Shown here: in pieces, positions 15,225 to 25,472 of the stretch | How positions within the stretch are numbered: the first letter of the stretch is position 1 | How the letters are laid out: each line of letters opens with the position of its first letter | Source of the DNA: Candidatus Saccharimonadota bacterium | GTDB taxonomy: Archaea; Micrarchaeota; Micrarchaeia; Micrarchaeales; Micrarchaeaceae | Length of the DNA stretch: 32,000 bases | Direction: 5' to 3' | Assembly: GCF_002214165.1 (NCBI RefSeq) | Contig: NZ_CP019964.1 | Coordinates: 870,001-902,000, forward strand | Made by a program: the position numbers and the translations under genes | The notes under the pieces: model-generated | The model's input: the letters and a program-made list of their open reading frames with translations, nothing else | Database searches by the model: none | Told to the model about the DNA's origin: nothing

Positions 15225-15683
15225 TCACCTTTTTTTTAGCTCACTTATTACTGTAAGCACCTTCTCCTTTATCGGGTTTATCTTAAAATCTATTAAATTG
15301 CCCAGCCATTCTGACTCATCATATTTTTTAGCGTCTTCTGGAAGAACCAAAAAGTATTTTCCTTTTGAATGGCTTATAAGGCCTAAATTGCTGAACTGCA
15401 GAAGGTGGTATCTGAGGGTCTTTTCATTGATTGCGCTCCAGTTTTTGCTTATGTATTCCGACAGGTCGTTTACTGATGGGTCTGATTTCTCATTGAACTG
15501 AAAGTATAGTATTGCATCAAATACATAAATTGCGTTCAGCCTTGATTCTCCTGGATTTATTATTCCTAGTGATATCGCAAGCCATCTTACCATGGACCTG
15601 CGGGTCTCGAGCACTTCTGAGGTTAGCCTAAGATTTCTTAGTATGATTTCACTTTCTATAAGCTTTGATTCGTTGAGACCCAA
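15225..15683 (-). CDS. Putative winged-helix DNA-binding protein
   Basis: 152-aa ORF. TTG start with GAGGTG 6-7 nt upstream. TLRYHLLQFSNLGLISHSKGKYFLV resembles a wHTH recognition helix plus wing. It ends 4 nt before the downstream surface-protein gene. Confidence 0.5.
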   Translation of the reverse strand: MGLNESKLIESEIILRNLRLTSEVLETRRSMVRWLAISLGIINPGESRLNAIYVFDAILYFQFNEKSDPSVNDLSEYISKNWSAINEKTLRYHLLQFSNLGLISHSKGKYFLVLPEDAKKYDESEWLGNLIDFKINPIKEKVLTVISELKKR

Positions 15684-15875
15684 ATAAACACCTCTATGCT
15701 TCTGTTTGCTGTTAGCGCGTAACTTTCTCTTTTATTTTACTATTTTATAATTAAAAAATGGCTACCTAAGACTTGCTTTTATTTTTCCTGTTTTCAAAAG
15801 GTATAAATTTAATTGCTCCCTTAAAATATAAAATACCTTTGGTTATGGTACCGTTGATAAAAGTGTTATTTAAAG

Positions 15876-16331
15876 TTGCACAGGAGCCGGCAATTTATTT
15901 TCGATACATATAAATTTAAAAACAATGATAATAGGTTGATAAAGTCATTTCGTATACGATATACTGGTGATTGGTTGGAAAAGAAAGATATAAAGATTGC
16001 ATTTTCACCTGGAAAATTGAAGAGTCTGCAAAAGAACGAGATATTGGCTACAGTTAAGCTTTCCAATAATTCTGACAAATACTGCTGGTATGAATTTGAT
16101 GTCAACTTGAATTCCCCGCTGTCGTTGACTTATGACCAGGAGCTTGATAAGGGCAGGTTCAGGGTAGGGATATTGGAGCCTAAGACAGTAAAGGGCAAGG
16201 ATTTCAAGATATTTACGATGGACGACCTTAAACCAGGAATCCACAAGATTAACTTTACAATATATGTATACGATGGGGATGCTGTAATATCGGACAGACT
16301 GGATTATGAGATAGGAATAGAGTCCGTTTGA
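15876..16331 (+). CDS. Hypothetical protein (beta-rich, no signal peptide); start codon uncertain
   Basis: The 151-aa ORF has protein-like composition (…FRVGILEPKTVKGKDFKIFTMDDLKPGIHKINFTIYVYDGDAVI…), while overlapping antisense ORFs look like shadows. There is no early in-frame ATG. Candidate TTG starts at 15876 and 15936 have weak Shine-Dalgarno support. Confidence 0.45.
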   Translation: MHRSRQFIFDTYKFKNNDNRLIKSFRIRYTGDWLEKKDIKIAFSPGKLKSLQKNEILATVKLSNNSDKYCWYEFDVNLNSPLSLTYDQELDKGRFRVGILEPKTVKGKDFKIFTMDDLKPGIHKINFTIYVYDGDAVISDRLDYEIGIESV

Positions 16332-16343
16332 TGGTTTTCCTTT

Positions 16344-16607
16344 TTATAGGTTAAGAAAATCCTTTATTCCCATCCCTTTCGGGAATGCCCTTGCCGTTTG
16401 GCTTTGCACTGGAAGTCCAGCTTCTTCTGATATCCTCTGAAGCTCTGCAAACCCTATTAGTTTTTCCGAGAACAGTTCTGTATACTCCAAATTCCCCTGT
16501 TTTATTTTTTTTACTGTGAACCTGATTTTTTGTCGTATGCCCGATCTGTTTACTTCAAATGTCGCTTCTCCTTCCTTCAATATTTTTTTAGCAGACTCAC
16601 CAACCAT
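16344..16607 (-). CDS. Hypothetical small protein (87 aa)
   Basis: I prefer the ATG at 16607 (MVGESAKKIL…), which has GGTG 8 nt upstream, over the GTG at 16616 used in the ORF track. I recognised no family. Confidence 0.5.
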   Translation of the reverse strand: MVGESAKKILKEGEATFEVNRSGIRQKIRFTVKKIKQGNLEYTELFSEKLIGFAELQRISEEAGLPVQSQTARAFPKGMGIKDFLNL

Positions 16608-16665
16608 AAAATGCACCGGTATAAGCCAATTGGTATTTTCTTGTATTTAAGGATTTCAGTGAAAA

Positions 16666-17358
16666 TTAGAACAAAAGCAGGAATATTGTCAGTGCTATTA
16701 TGCTTCCGAAGACGCTTGCAAAGAAATTGGAGGTATATTTGTTGCCTTTCCCATTTTCTTCAAAATAACCTAGTATTGAATCGAATAATGTACCTGCAAG
16801 CCCGCCCAGTATTGCTGCAACAAACAGCCATAGCATGCTTATTCCTGCGGAGCCAAAATAGCCTATCCAGGGGAGCATTACAAGACTTTGCAGAAATGCG
16901 GCCAAAATGCCTGCGGATATCCCAAGCCATGTCACTGCGCCGGAAGTGCCTTTCTTGACGCGCTTTAATGTAAGAAGCATTATCGGCTCCCCATCCAAAA
17001 CCCCTATCTCGCTGCCGAATTTATCGGCTGTTATCGCCGCAACGCTCCCTATAAATGCAAATATCAGCGCATATTTTAAAAACTGGTTTGAGCTTAGGAA
17101 GTAGTAGGCGAGAACCAGCAGGAATGGCCAGAGGCCGTTTGCAATAACGTTCTTTATACCACGAGTGTCCTCAAAAAGCTTCCTTTTGAGCTTGTACTTT
17201 TTTCCAATGAAACTGACTATCGCGGACAGGACCAAAAACCATAGCATCATAAAGAAGAAGAATAGTCCCAGCCCTCTCCCTAAAAATACGATTAGCAAGC
17301 CCATAATTAACCCAATAACGGTTGCTTTTGGTGTTAATGTCAGAAAATTAAGCTTCAT
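16666..17358 (-). CDS. DUF92 (TIGR00297/TMEM19-like) integral membrane protein
   Basis: 230-aa polytopic ORF. ADKFGSEIG (family motif ADT.ASE.G), GTSGAVTWLGISAGILAA (GT.GGVS..G) and FDSILGYFEE (DS.LGA). Confidence 0.7.
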   Translation of the reverse strand: MKLNFLTLTPKATVIGLIMGLLIVFLGRGLGLFFFFMMLWFLVLSAIVSFIGKKYKLKRKLFEDTRGIKNVIANGLWPFLLVLAYYFLSSNQFLKYALIFAFIGSVAAITADKFGSEIGVLDGEPIMLLTLKRVKKGTSGAVTWLGISAGILAAFLQSLVMLPWIGYFGSAGISMLWLFVAAILGGLAGTLFDSILGYFEENGKGNKYTSNFFASVFGSIIALTIFLLLF

Positions 17359-17490
17359 TCACTCCACTTTAGATATTCTTAGTTCAATAATCGCAAAACA
17401 GATAGAAGTACATTCATAAAATTCAAAATTTGTAATGCTACTAGTTTTCCATTTCTTTTATAAATTTAAATATCTTGGTATAGAAAACCA

Positions 17491-17498
17491 TTTAAATA
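17491..17498 (+). promoter_or_regulatory. BRE/TATA-like element (GAAAACC-ATTTAAATA) upstream of the candidate small RNA
   Basis: Consensus-like TTTAAATA preceded by a purine-rich stretch. Its centre is about 26 nt upstream of the first hairpin (17517). Confidence 0.35.
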
Positions 17499-17516
17499 TT
17501 AAACTTGAAAGTATAT

Positions 17517-17593
17517 CTAGTTCTATACTGTGGAAGGTCATAGAACTGGTCGCCTTGTCAGCATGGTAAAACATGCTGACCTATTTCTTGTTT
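17517..17593 (+). ncRNA. Candidate small structured RNA (two hairpins followed by a T-rich tract), function unknown
   Basis: Hairpin 1: CTAGTTCTAT(17517-17526)/ATAGAACTGG(17540-17549), 10 bp including one G-U, 13-nt loop. Hairpin 2: GTCAGCATG(17557-17565)/CATGCTGAC(17572-17580), perfect 9 bp, 6-nt loop, followed by CTATTTCTTGTTT. It lies in a 322-bp divergent intergenic region, upstream of a separate TATA-like box for radA (about 17624-17631). Confidence 0.3.
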
Positions 17594-17680
17594 GATGATC
17601 TTAATTTTCAATTCACTAAACTATTATATATTTTGTTTGTCCAATAGTACTGTAAAACGGTTTGCCGTCAGGATGTTTTC

Positions 17681-18631
17681 ATGGTAAAAGATAAAGTCGT
17701 AAGAGAAATTGATGATTTGCCAGGTATTGGCGAGGCAACTGCAGAGAAGCTTAGGAATGCAGGAATAGATTCGTTGGACAAGATAGCTGTATATGCCCCG
17801 CATGACCTGGCAGACCTGATAGGCATAAGCCCCGAAGCTGCCAAGAAGGCCATTGCAGCGGCACAGGAAGCTACCACTATAAATTATTCTACGGGCAACG
17901 AGGTAGACAGCTTTAGAAGGGAACTTGGAAAAATATCGACTAGCTCAAAGAACTTGGATGAGCTTATAGGAGGAGGAATAGAGACGAAGGCAATCACGGA
18001 GATATATGGAAAGTTTGCATCGGGGAAAACACAGATTGGATTCCAGCTATCTGTAAATGCCCAGCTCCCAAAGGAACAGGGCGGGATAGAAGGCAATGTA
18101 CTGTTTATAGACACTGAAGGAACATTCAGGCCTGAGAGGATAGAGTCTATGGCAACAAGCAAGGGCATGGATCCGGAAAAAGCTTTGGAGAACATCATGG
18201 TTGTCAGGGCCACGACCACGGACCAACAGATTCTTACGGTTGAACGTGCCGACAAGCTTATAGTGGAAAAGAACATAAAGTTAATCATAGTTGACTCTGT
18301 CACAGCGTTGTTCAGGGCCGAATTCATAGGCAGAGGCGCTTTAGGTGAACGCCAGCAGAAGCTTAACTCGCACATACACAAGCTTCAATTGCTTGCGGAC
18401 AAGTACAATGCAGCAATATACATTACCAACCAGGTGATGGACAATCCTGGAATACTTTTTGGAGACCCTACTACACCTATAGGAGGCAATGTGATAGCTC
18501 ATGCAGCTACGACAAGACTTTACATTAGGAAAAGCAAGGAGGATAAAAGGATTGTCAGGCTTGTTGACTCCCCGGACATGCCGGATGGGGAATGTATTAT
18601 AAGAGTTACTCCTGGAGGCATAACAGACTAA
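17681..18631 (+). CDS. radA: DNA repair and recombination protein RadA
   Basis: 316-aa ORF. N-terminal HhH (DLPGIGEATAEKLRNAGI), Walker A GKFASGKTQ, Walker B LIIVDS. Colinear with archaeal RadA/Rad51. Confidence 0.95.
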   Translation: MVKDKVVREIDDLPGIGEATAEKLRNAGIDSLDKIAVYAPHDLADLIGISPEAAKKAIAAAQEATTINYSTGNEVDSFRRELGKISTSSKNLDELIGGGIETKAITEIYGKFASGKTQIGFQLSVNAQLPKEQGGIEGNVLFIDTEGTFRPERIESMATSKGMDPEKALENIMVVRATTTDQQILTVERADKLIVEKNIKLIIVDSVTALFRAEFIGRGALGERQQKLNSHIHKLQLLADKYNAAIYITNQVMDNPGILFGDPTTPIGGNVIAHAATTRLYIRKSKEDKRIVRLVDSPDMPDGECIIRVTPGGITD

Positions 18632-18784
18632 TCCTAGTCCACTTTGCCGTTTTAAATAGGGCTTAAACTAGCTGCATTATTCTTATTGGCATTAATTTGC
18701 ATATAAGATAGCCAGCAATGCAGGATTAGAAAATTTGCGTATTGTTTATCGGATTTTGATTATATATGCATAATACGAGAGTTA

Positions 18785-21241
18785 TCAAGGATTCGGCTGT
18801 ATCTCGCCAGTATCCTCCTTGCCCTCAATTGCCATTGCAGTTGCAAGGCTGTCATCTTTCTCTATCTTCATCACCCTTACACCGCTCGCGTTCCTGCCTG
18901 TTTTCCTTATGCCTTTTGCCTCTACTTGTATGGCAACACCTTTCATGCTGGTAAGCATGAACTGGCTGTCCAAGCTGGTGCACAGCGCAATGACTACATC
19001 GCCGGTCTTTTGCGTCACCTTTAGGTTGCGGACCCCTACACCGCCTCTCCTTTGCAGGCGGTATTCACTTATCACAGTGGCTTTCCCGTAACCGTGCTCT
19101 GTAAAGGTGAATACAAGGTCTGAGTCGGAAGCGGTTATCACATTCCTCACAGAATCGCCTTCTCTCAACCTTATTCCTATTACACCGCTCGCGTTCCTGC
19201 CTAAAGGCCTAAATCCGGATTCTTTGAACCTTACCGCCAAGCCCTTCTTGGTGATTATCAAGATGTTAGAGTCTCCTGTCGACAGCACTACATCAACCAA
19301 GCTGTCTCCGTCCCTCAATGCCAGTGCCCGTATTCCTTTTGACCTTGGATGAGAGAAAAGCTCGGACTTGGTCTTCTTTATGATCCCCTTTTCCGTTATG
19401 AATATTATAAACTTCCCCTCGAAGGTTCTTGTATTTATTATTTCGACAATCTGCTCGTTTTCGCCCAGATTGACCAGGTTAACCGCTGCCTTTCCTGACG
19501 AATATCTGCCGGTTTCCGGAATTCCGTAAGCTTTCAGCCAGTGCACCTTGCCTAAGCTGGTTATGAACAGCAGGTAATCCTTGGACATGCAGTTTATGCT
19601 GCGCTTTACAAAATCGCCCTCCTTAAGGTCTATGCTCCTTACTCCTTTTCCGCCCCTTCTCTGGGTGCGGTATTCACTTGCGCTCACCCTCTTCAAGTAG
19701 CCCTGCTTTGTGAGAAGTACCAAGTTTTCTTCGTCTTTTATCAGATCTTCGTTGGTTATGTTTGCATAGTTAACATTTGGCTCTATGGAAGTTGCCCTTT
19801 CCTTGGAGTATCTGCTCTTTACGCTTTCTGTCTCCTCTTTAATGATTGAATAAACTTCGTTTTCATCAGATAGCACTTTGTTGTAATATTCAATATTGCC
19901 CGTAAGTGTCTTGTCTTCTGCCTCAAGGGATGTCTTTTCAAGATTGGTAAGCTTGCTCAATTTCATATCTAATATAGCATTTGACTGCTTTTCAGAGAGG
20001 TTGAAATTGGACATTATAGCTTCCCTTGCTGCCTTTGTGTCCGAACTTGATTTTATTGTGTTTATTATTGAATCGATATCGCTTATTGCGATAAGTAGGC
20101 CCTTTACAATGTGAAGCCTATCCTCAGCCACCTTCAAGTCGTGTGCGGTCCTGTTTCTTACTACAGAAATCCTATGCTCCACAAATATCTTTATGAAATT
20201 TCTGATGTTAAGTGTCAGCAGCCTGTTTCCCATTACTGCAATATTCATTACAGGAAGTGAAATCTGCAATTGCGTATGCTTGTATAGCAGGTTCATCACG
20301 AATTCGGGATCCACATCATTCTTTACCTCTATATATATGCGTATTCCTTTCTTGTCGCTTTCATCTCTGAGCGCAGATATTGAAGTTATTATTTTATCCT
20401 TTACCAATTCCCCTATCTTCTGTATCAGTGTTGCTTTGTTGACAGTATAAGGTATCTCTGTGACTATAATCACGTTCCTCTTGCCTATGTTCTCTATATG
20501 GTAGCGAGCCCTTATGGTGACAGTTCCCCTTCCTGTAAGATACGACCTTCTTAGGTCTTCGGTATCAAAAACTATTCCGCCGGTGGGGAAATCGGGCCCT
20601 TTTATGAACTTTAGCAAATCTTCTGAAGTTGCATCTTTGTTGTTTATGTATTCTATTATGGCATCCGATACTTCTCCCAGATTATGTGGGAGTATGTTTG
20701 TCGCTACGCCCACTGCTATACCTGATGAGCCATTTATAAGAAGGTTTGGCAGCTTGGAAGGAAGCACGACAGGCTCTCTTTCGGTATTGTCAAAATTTGG
20801 CACGAATGGAACCGCGTCTTTATCAAGATCCTCAAGCATGTCTTCTGCAATTCTCCTCAGCCTTACTTCTGTATAACGCTGTGCTGCTGGCGGGTCTCCA
20901 TCTATTGACCCCATATTTCCCTGACCCTCAACCAGCATGTAGTTCATTGAGAAATTCTGTGCCATCCTGACAAGCGTCTCGTATGCCGCGGCGTCTCCGT
21001 GCGGGTGGTACTTTCCTATCACTTCTCCTACGATCCTTGCACTTTTTTTAGTAGGTTGGTCATGCAGGTTGTTTATCTGATACATTGCATACAGTATCCT
21101 GCGCTGGGCAGGCTTTAACCCATCCCTGGCATCCGGAAGGGCCCTTCCTACTATTACACTCATTGCATAGTCGATGTAGCTCTTCTGCATCTCATTCTCT
21201 ATAGGAACTTCAATATTTTCACTCATATAATCATCAAACAT
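18785..21241 (-). CDS. gyrA: DNA gyrase subunit A
   Basis: 818-aa [33 protein letters not shown], active-site region [10 protein letters not shown], and C-terminal beta-pinwheel repeats ([14 protein letters not shown]). Overlaps the gyrB stop by 8 nt. An alternative ATG lies at 21226. Confidence 0.95.
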   Translation of the reverse strand: MFDDYMSENIEVPIENEMQKSYIDYAMSVIVGRALPDARDGLKPAQRRILYAMYQINNLHDQPTKKSARIVGEVIGKYHPHGDAAAYETLVRMAQNFSMNYMLVEGQGNMGSIDGDPPAAQRYTEVRLRRIAEDMLEDLDKDAVPFVPNFDNTEREPVVLPSKLPNLLINGSSGIAVGVATNILPHNLGEVSDAIIEYINNKDATSEDLLKFIKGPDFPTGGIVFDTEDLRRSYLTGRGTVTIRARYHIENIGKRNVIIVTEIPYTVNKATLIQKIGELVKDKIITSISALRDESDKKGIRIYIEVKNDVDPEFVMNLLYKHTQLQISLPVMNIAVMGNRLLTLNIRNFIKIFVEHRISVVRNRTAHDLKVAEDRLHIVKGLLIAISDIDSIINTIKSSSDTKAAREAIMSNFNLSEKQSNAILDMKLSKLTNLEKTSLEAEDKTLTGNIEYYNKVLSDENEVYSIIKEETESVKSRYSKERATSIEPNVNYANITNEDLIKDEENLVLLTKQGYLKRVSASEYRTQRRGGKGVRSIDLKEGDFVKRSINCMSKDYLLFITSLGKVHWLKAYGIPETGRYSSGKAAVNLVNLGENEQIVEIINTRTFEGKFIIFITEKGIIKKTKSELFSHPRSKGIRALALRDGDSLVDVVLSTGDSNILIITKKGLAVRFKESGFRPLGRNASGVIGIRLREGDSVRNVITASDSDLVFTFTEHGYGKATVISEYRLQRRGGVGVRNLKVTQKTGDVVIALCTSLDSQFMLTSMKGVAIQVEAKGIRKTGRNASGVRVMKIEKDDSLATAMAIEGKEDTGEIQPNP

Positions 21242-23138
21242 CTAAGAAAGAAACTTCGGTGGAATGGGCTTCCAGGAATTTTCTCCTATCCTCAACATTT
21301 GCACCCATAAGCGTATTGAATATGGAATCCGCAAGTTCTGCATCTTTTATCGTTATCTTCTTCAGTACTCTGTTCTCTGGATTCATTGTCGTCTCCCAAA
21401 GCTGATCGGGATTCATTTCTCCTAATCCCTTATATCTGTTGACAAGCCCCTTGCCGTTGTTCTCCTTCAATATCTGGTTCATTTGCTCGTCGTTGTAAGC
21501 ATATTTTACCTCCTTGCCTATTGTTATCTTGTAAAGTGGAGGCTGGGCCGCATATATGTATCCTCTCTCTATTACCTCCTTTAGGTACCTGTAGAAAAAT
21601 GTAAGCAGCAGCGTTTCTATATGGCTTCCATCCACATCTGCATCTGTAAGGAATATGATTTTATGATAACGAAGGTTTTCTATGTTGAATGAGTCCTTTA
21701 TTCCAGTCCCCAATGCTGTTACCAATGTGTGCAGCTCTGCATTGTTAAATATCTTTTCGGTGGATGCTTTTTCTACATTTAACACTTTGCCCCTCAATGG
21801 CATTATGGCTTGGTACATCCTGTCCCTTCCCTGCTTACTGGAGCCTGCTGCGCTGTCCCCTTCTACTATGAATATTTCTGATTTGCTTGGATCATTTTCC
21901 GTGCAGTCTGCAAGCTTTCCAGGAAGGACCGAGCCTTCAAATAGGCTTTTCTTTCTTGCCAACTCCCTCGCTCTCCTAGCGGCTTCTCTAGCCTCTGAAG
22001 CTTTGAGAACTTTTTCCACTATTTTGGCGGCTTCCGCGGGATTTTCTTCTAAATAATATGATAATTCAGTGTAGACTGCATTCTCTACAATCTGCTTTAC
22101 AAAGGTATTTCCGAGCTTTTCCTTTGTCTGCCCTTCAAATTCCGGGTTCTGCATTAGGATTGATATTATTCCTATTAACCCCTCCCTAGTATCCTCTCCT
22201 TCAATATTGATGTTGGACTTCTTGACATTTTTCTGCACATATGAGGTTATTGCCCTTGTCAGGGCAGAGTGAAATCCGGATACATGCATTCCTCCTTCTG
22301 GGGTTTTAATGTTATTTACAAAAGATAACAGCTCCTCACTGTAAGATTTGATATATTGTATTGACACGCTTATCTTTGTGTCATTTACTTCCTTGGTTAT
22401 CAATATAGGCTTTGATATCTCTTCTTTACCTGACCTTATGTAGTCCATGAAATCGGTTATTCCTTTTTCAGAGAAGAATTCGGTTTTTGTCTCCTTTTCG
22501 TCCCTAGCATCTGTAAGTGTTATTTTTAGGCCGGGATTAAGATAGGTAACATCCCTCAGCCTATCTATAAGTGAAACGACATCAAACGATCCGACCGAAA
22601 ATATCTCCTTGTCGGGCTTGAACTTTATAGTTGTGCCTGTTTCTGTTGTATCCCCTAATACTTCTAAAGATGATATTGGCAAGCCCCTGCTGAATTCTTC
22701 TTTGTAAAGCTTGCCGTTCTTCTTTACCGTCACTTGTGTGTATTCTGAAAGCGCATTTACGACCGTGAGCCCGACACCGTGCAACCCTCCCGAAACCTTG
22801 TAGGTTTTGTTGTTGAATTTTGCACCTGAATGCAGGGATGTCATTATAACTTCAAGAGCGGGTTTGTTCGTGCCTGCCATTATATCTACTGGTATGCCTC
22901 TTCCATCATCGGAAACCTCCGCTACATCTGTATTGTCTTCAGTAGTCAGCTTTATGGTTATATTTTTGCAGTAGCCAGATATTGATTCGTCTATTGAATT
23001 ATCTATTACCTCGTATAATAGATGAAGAAAACCAGCGCTCCCTGTAGAGCCAATATACATTCCAGGTCTTTTACGGATACCTTGTGCTCCGGTTAATACC
23101 ATTATATCTTTTGCACTATAATCATCAGGCATAATCAC
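21234..23138 (-). CDS. gyrB: DNA gyrase subunit B
   Basis: 634-aa [19 protein letters not shown] ATPase motifs (DNSIDE, GLHGVG), Toprim [13 protein letters not shown]-like ([13 protein letters not shown]) and [15 protein letters not shown] at 23138 or ATG at 23132 could be the start. Confidence 0.95.
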   Translation of the reverse strand: MIMPDDYSAKDIMVLTGAQGIRKRPGMYIGSTGSAGFLHLLYEVIDNSIDESISGYCKNITIKLTTEDNTDVAEVSDDGRGIPVDIMAGTNKPALEVIMTSLHSGAKFNNKTYKVSGGLHGVGLTVVNALSEYTQVTVKKNGKLYKEEFSRGLPISSLEVLGDTTETGTTIKFKPDKEIFSVGSFDVVSLIDRLRDVTYLNPGLKITLTDARDEKETKTEFFSEKGITDFMDYIRSGKEEISKPILITKEVNDTKISVSIQYIKSYSEELLSFVNNIKTPEGGMHVSGFHSALTRAITSYVQKNVKKSNINIEGEDTREGLIGIISILMQNPEFEGQTKEKLGNTFVKQIVENAVYTELSYYLEENPAEAAKIVEKVLKASEAREAARRARELARKKSLFEGSVLPGKLADCTENDPSKSEIFIVEGDSAAGSSKQGRDRMYQAIMPLRGKVLNVEKASTEKIFNNAELHTLVTALGTGIKDSFNIENLRYHKIIFLTDADVDGSHIETLLLTFFYRYLKEVIERGYIYAAQPPLYKITIGKEVKYAYNDEQMNQILKENNGKGLVNRYKGLGEMNPDQLWETTMNPENRVLKKITIKDAELADSIFNTLMGANVEDRRKFLEAHSTEVSFLDV

Positions 23139-23256
23139 TCATCCAATCTAATTTAAATAGCAACTAGTTTACTACCAGTTATCATTATCAATTTAACCTT
23201 TTAAGCCTTTCTAATCTCTTAATTATATGCTTCAAAAAGAGGAAAAAGAAGCGCTT

Positions 23257-23907
23257 TCATTTATAGGACTGGAACCCTTCATAAATTTCTGAGATTCCTC
23301 TGATCACTATGTAGGTAACCAATATTGCAGTCAATATATAACCTATTATTATTGGGTAATTCAGTATCCATACAAGCATCAAGTAAGAGAAGGTCACAAA
23401 CTTTACTGCTTGTATCCCAAATCTGCTTGCATTTGAAGAAAACAGTGCCTCAGTGAACTTGGATTTCATCTTTGATGATGTCCCTTTGGATGCGAGCATA
23501 GCATCAGCAAATGAATGCCTTACTATGATTATAAGTATTACAAATAGGGGGAGGACGTGTAGAAATACAAAAGTTGCCCACAATGCATACTCTGTTACTC
23601 GGTCACCTGCAATGTCTAGCCTTGGCCCATAAGGGGCTATCTTGGAAACGGACTGCTTATATGCGACAACCCTCTTATGCTCTTTCTTGTTGCCGATTGC
23701 GCTTTTAATGTATGTAATTAGGCTTATTTTGCCCTTGCTTGCCTCGCTGACTGCAAAGAATCCATCCAATGCGTCAGACGCAAGATCCAATGCGAAAAGT
23801 ACTATTATGACCCATGCATTGAACTTTATCACAACCAGATAGACAATGAGTATCATTACTGCAGTTCTTATATAGGTTGTCAGGTCCGCCTTTCTCAAAT
23901 TAATCAT
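23257..23907 (-). CDS. CDP-alcohol phosphatidyltransferase-like membrane protein (atypical motif spacing)
   Basis: 216-aa polytopic ORF. It contains D..DG..A (DALDGFFA) and G...D...D (GPRLDIAGD), the two halves of the CDP-OH-P motif. They are separated by about 40 residues rather than about 8, and the usual Arg is absent. Confidence 0.5.
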   Translation of the reverse strand: MINLRKADLTTYIRTAVMILIVYLVVIKFNAWVIIVLFALDLASDALDGFFAVSEASKGKISLITYIKSAIGNKKEHKRVVAYKQSVSKIAPYGPRLDIAGDRVTEYALWATFVFLHVLPLFVILIIIVRHSFADAMLASKGTSSKMKSKFTEALFSSNASRFGIQAVKFVTFSYLMLVWILNYPIIIGYILTAILVTYIVIRGISEIYEGFQSYK

Positions 23908-23929
23908 CTTCTTTTGAAATTAGGCCAAA

Positions 23930-25399
23930 TCAGCTGGCGGTTACATTTGCTGATGCAAATACGCCGTTCTCTCCCATTACTACTACTTTGTACTGCTCTC
24001 CCTCTATCGGCATTATTATAGGGTTGTGGAATGGCAGGTGTATTAAAGTCCCATTAACCCTCGATCTCATTGTAAAGTTGCCAGAGACGTTGAAACCCTT
24101 TCCTGATCCGTTAGCCGATGCCGAACCTGCTCCCCTTATGATTGGTGAAGGTATGCCTCTTATGGGTGATAAAGAGCCATAATAAGTGAATGTTTCATTG
24201 CTGTGGGGGCTTATCACATATCCTTTTTGGGCATATGGGAACTGGTAGTTGAAAGGCAGCTCAAGGCTACCATTTGAAAGCACAAGGAAGTTCAATACAT
24301 TATGGTACTGGTATCTGAACATCTCCGCGTTTGCAACTTCTGCTGATATGCTGAGATTTGACATGTTGTAGCGCTTAAGGTTGGAATAGACAGAAACATT
24401 TATGCTGCTAGCTATATTTTTAGGCAAAAAGTTGCTTAAACCCTGAATTATCTGGTTGTTTCTTGTCATATTTTGAGGTATTGTGTGGTTCGTGCTGCTG
24501 TTCGCCCCTAGCACGAATATAGGCTTTACTTTGTAAGAGGCATTAAATGGCATCATTGGTGAAATTCTTCCATAATTGATGCCCTCAAGCTGCATATTTC
24601 CATACAGCATCACATTGCGTATAATGATTGGGTAATTGTTGTTGTTCCTTACGGTTATTCTCAAGTTTGTCTCATTGCTGCTGTTGTTTATGGCAAGGTA
24701 TGTGCTTGTTATAGTTACATTTGGCCGGTAATTCCCGAATTCACTGCGTATGCTGCTATTTATTTGGATGTGCATATGTATCCTGGCAGTCGTTGAATTT
24801 GCATAGTGTTTGGTTAATCCAAAAGCTTGCCCATAAGGCTCAAGCCCGAACTTTGTCTGGTTGTTTGTTGCATTGTAAAATTCCATTACCCCTGGGTTTA
24901 GCCTAATCATCAATCCGGTGTCATTTTTGATAAAGGAAAGTACAGCTATTTGCGATGAACCATTTATTATGTTTAAAGGGTAGGTATTGTTGTCAATTAC
25001 AATATACCCCGACTTTATATTTATGGCGACACTTCTTATCAAGGTGTTGCTGGGTATTTTTACGACCGCAATGACATCGGAGTAGTTGCTTAGGTTCATC
25101 AGGTTCACTGATCCATAAGCAGAGAAGTTCTCCTTGATGCCATTTTCTGTGAGAACTGAGAAATTGGTATAATTAAGGACCAATGACGAAGTGCCGGGAG
25201 GTGCTGAAAGAGGGTCGGTCAGCTCGACTGCTATAGTCTTGTTGGCTGGCGCAAATGTGGTCACTGTGGTGCTTGGCACTGTGGTCACTTTGGTTGGTAT
25301 AGTTACTATAAAGTAAATACCTATCCCTATTATGATAATGCCTATTATTAAGTATAAGACTTTTTTGGGATCAAAACTCCTACTTTCTTCGTAGTCCAT
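23930..25399 (-). CDS. N-terminally membrane-anchored, N-glycosylation-sequon-rich surface protein (unknown function)
   Basis: 489-aa ORF. TM helix VLYLIIGIIIIGIGIYFIV. I counted about 31 N-x-S/T sequons by hand. It lies immediately downstream of aglB on the same strand. Confidence 0.7.
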   Translation of the reverse strand: MDYEESRSFDPKKVLYLIIGIIIIGIGIYFIVTIPTKVTTVPSTTVTTFAPANKTIAVELTDPLSAPPGTSSLVLNYTNFSVLTENGIKENFSAYGSVNLMNLSNYSDVIAVVKIPSNTLIRSVAINIKSGYIVIDNNTYPLNIINGSSQIAVLSFIKNDTGLMIRLNPGVMEFYNATNNQTKFGLEPYGQAFGLTKHYANSTTARIHMHIQINSSIRSEFGNYRPNVTITSTYLAINNSSNETNLRITVRNNNNYPIIIRNVMLYGNMQLEGINYGRISPMMPFNASYKVKPIFVLGANSSTNHTIPQNMTRNNQIIQGLSNFLPKNIASSINVSVYSNLKRYNMSNLSISAEVANAEMFRYQYHNVLNFLVLSNGSLELPFNYQFPYAQKGYVISPHSNETFTYYGSLSPIRGIPSPIIRGAGSASANGSGKGFNVSGNFTMRSRVNGTLIHLPFHNPIIMPIEGEQYKVVVMGENGVFASANVTAS

Positions 25400-25472
25400 T
25401 TTAACACAATTAGTATAATGTATTAATTAATATAAACTTTACCTTTTAGTGCCAAAGTGTCTACATAACTGT

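Noticed and set aside
17591-17600. C-box-like TGATGA (17593-17598) suggesting a C/D-box sRNA near radA
   Set aside because: No D box (CTGA) lies at the expected 40-60 nt downstream on that strand, and there is no terminal stem. The CTGA at 17576-17579 lies upstream, in the wrong order.
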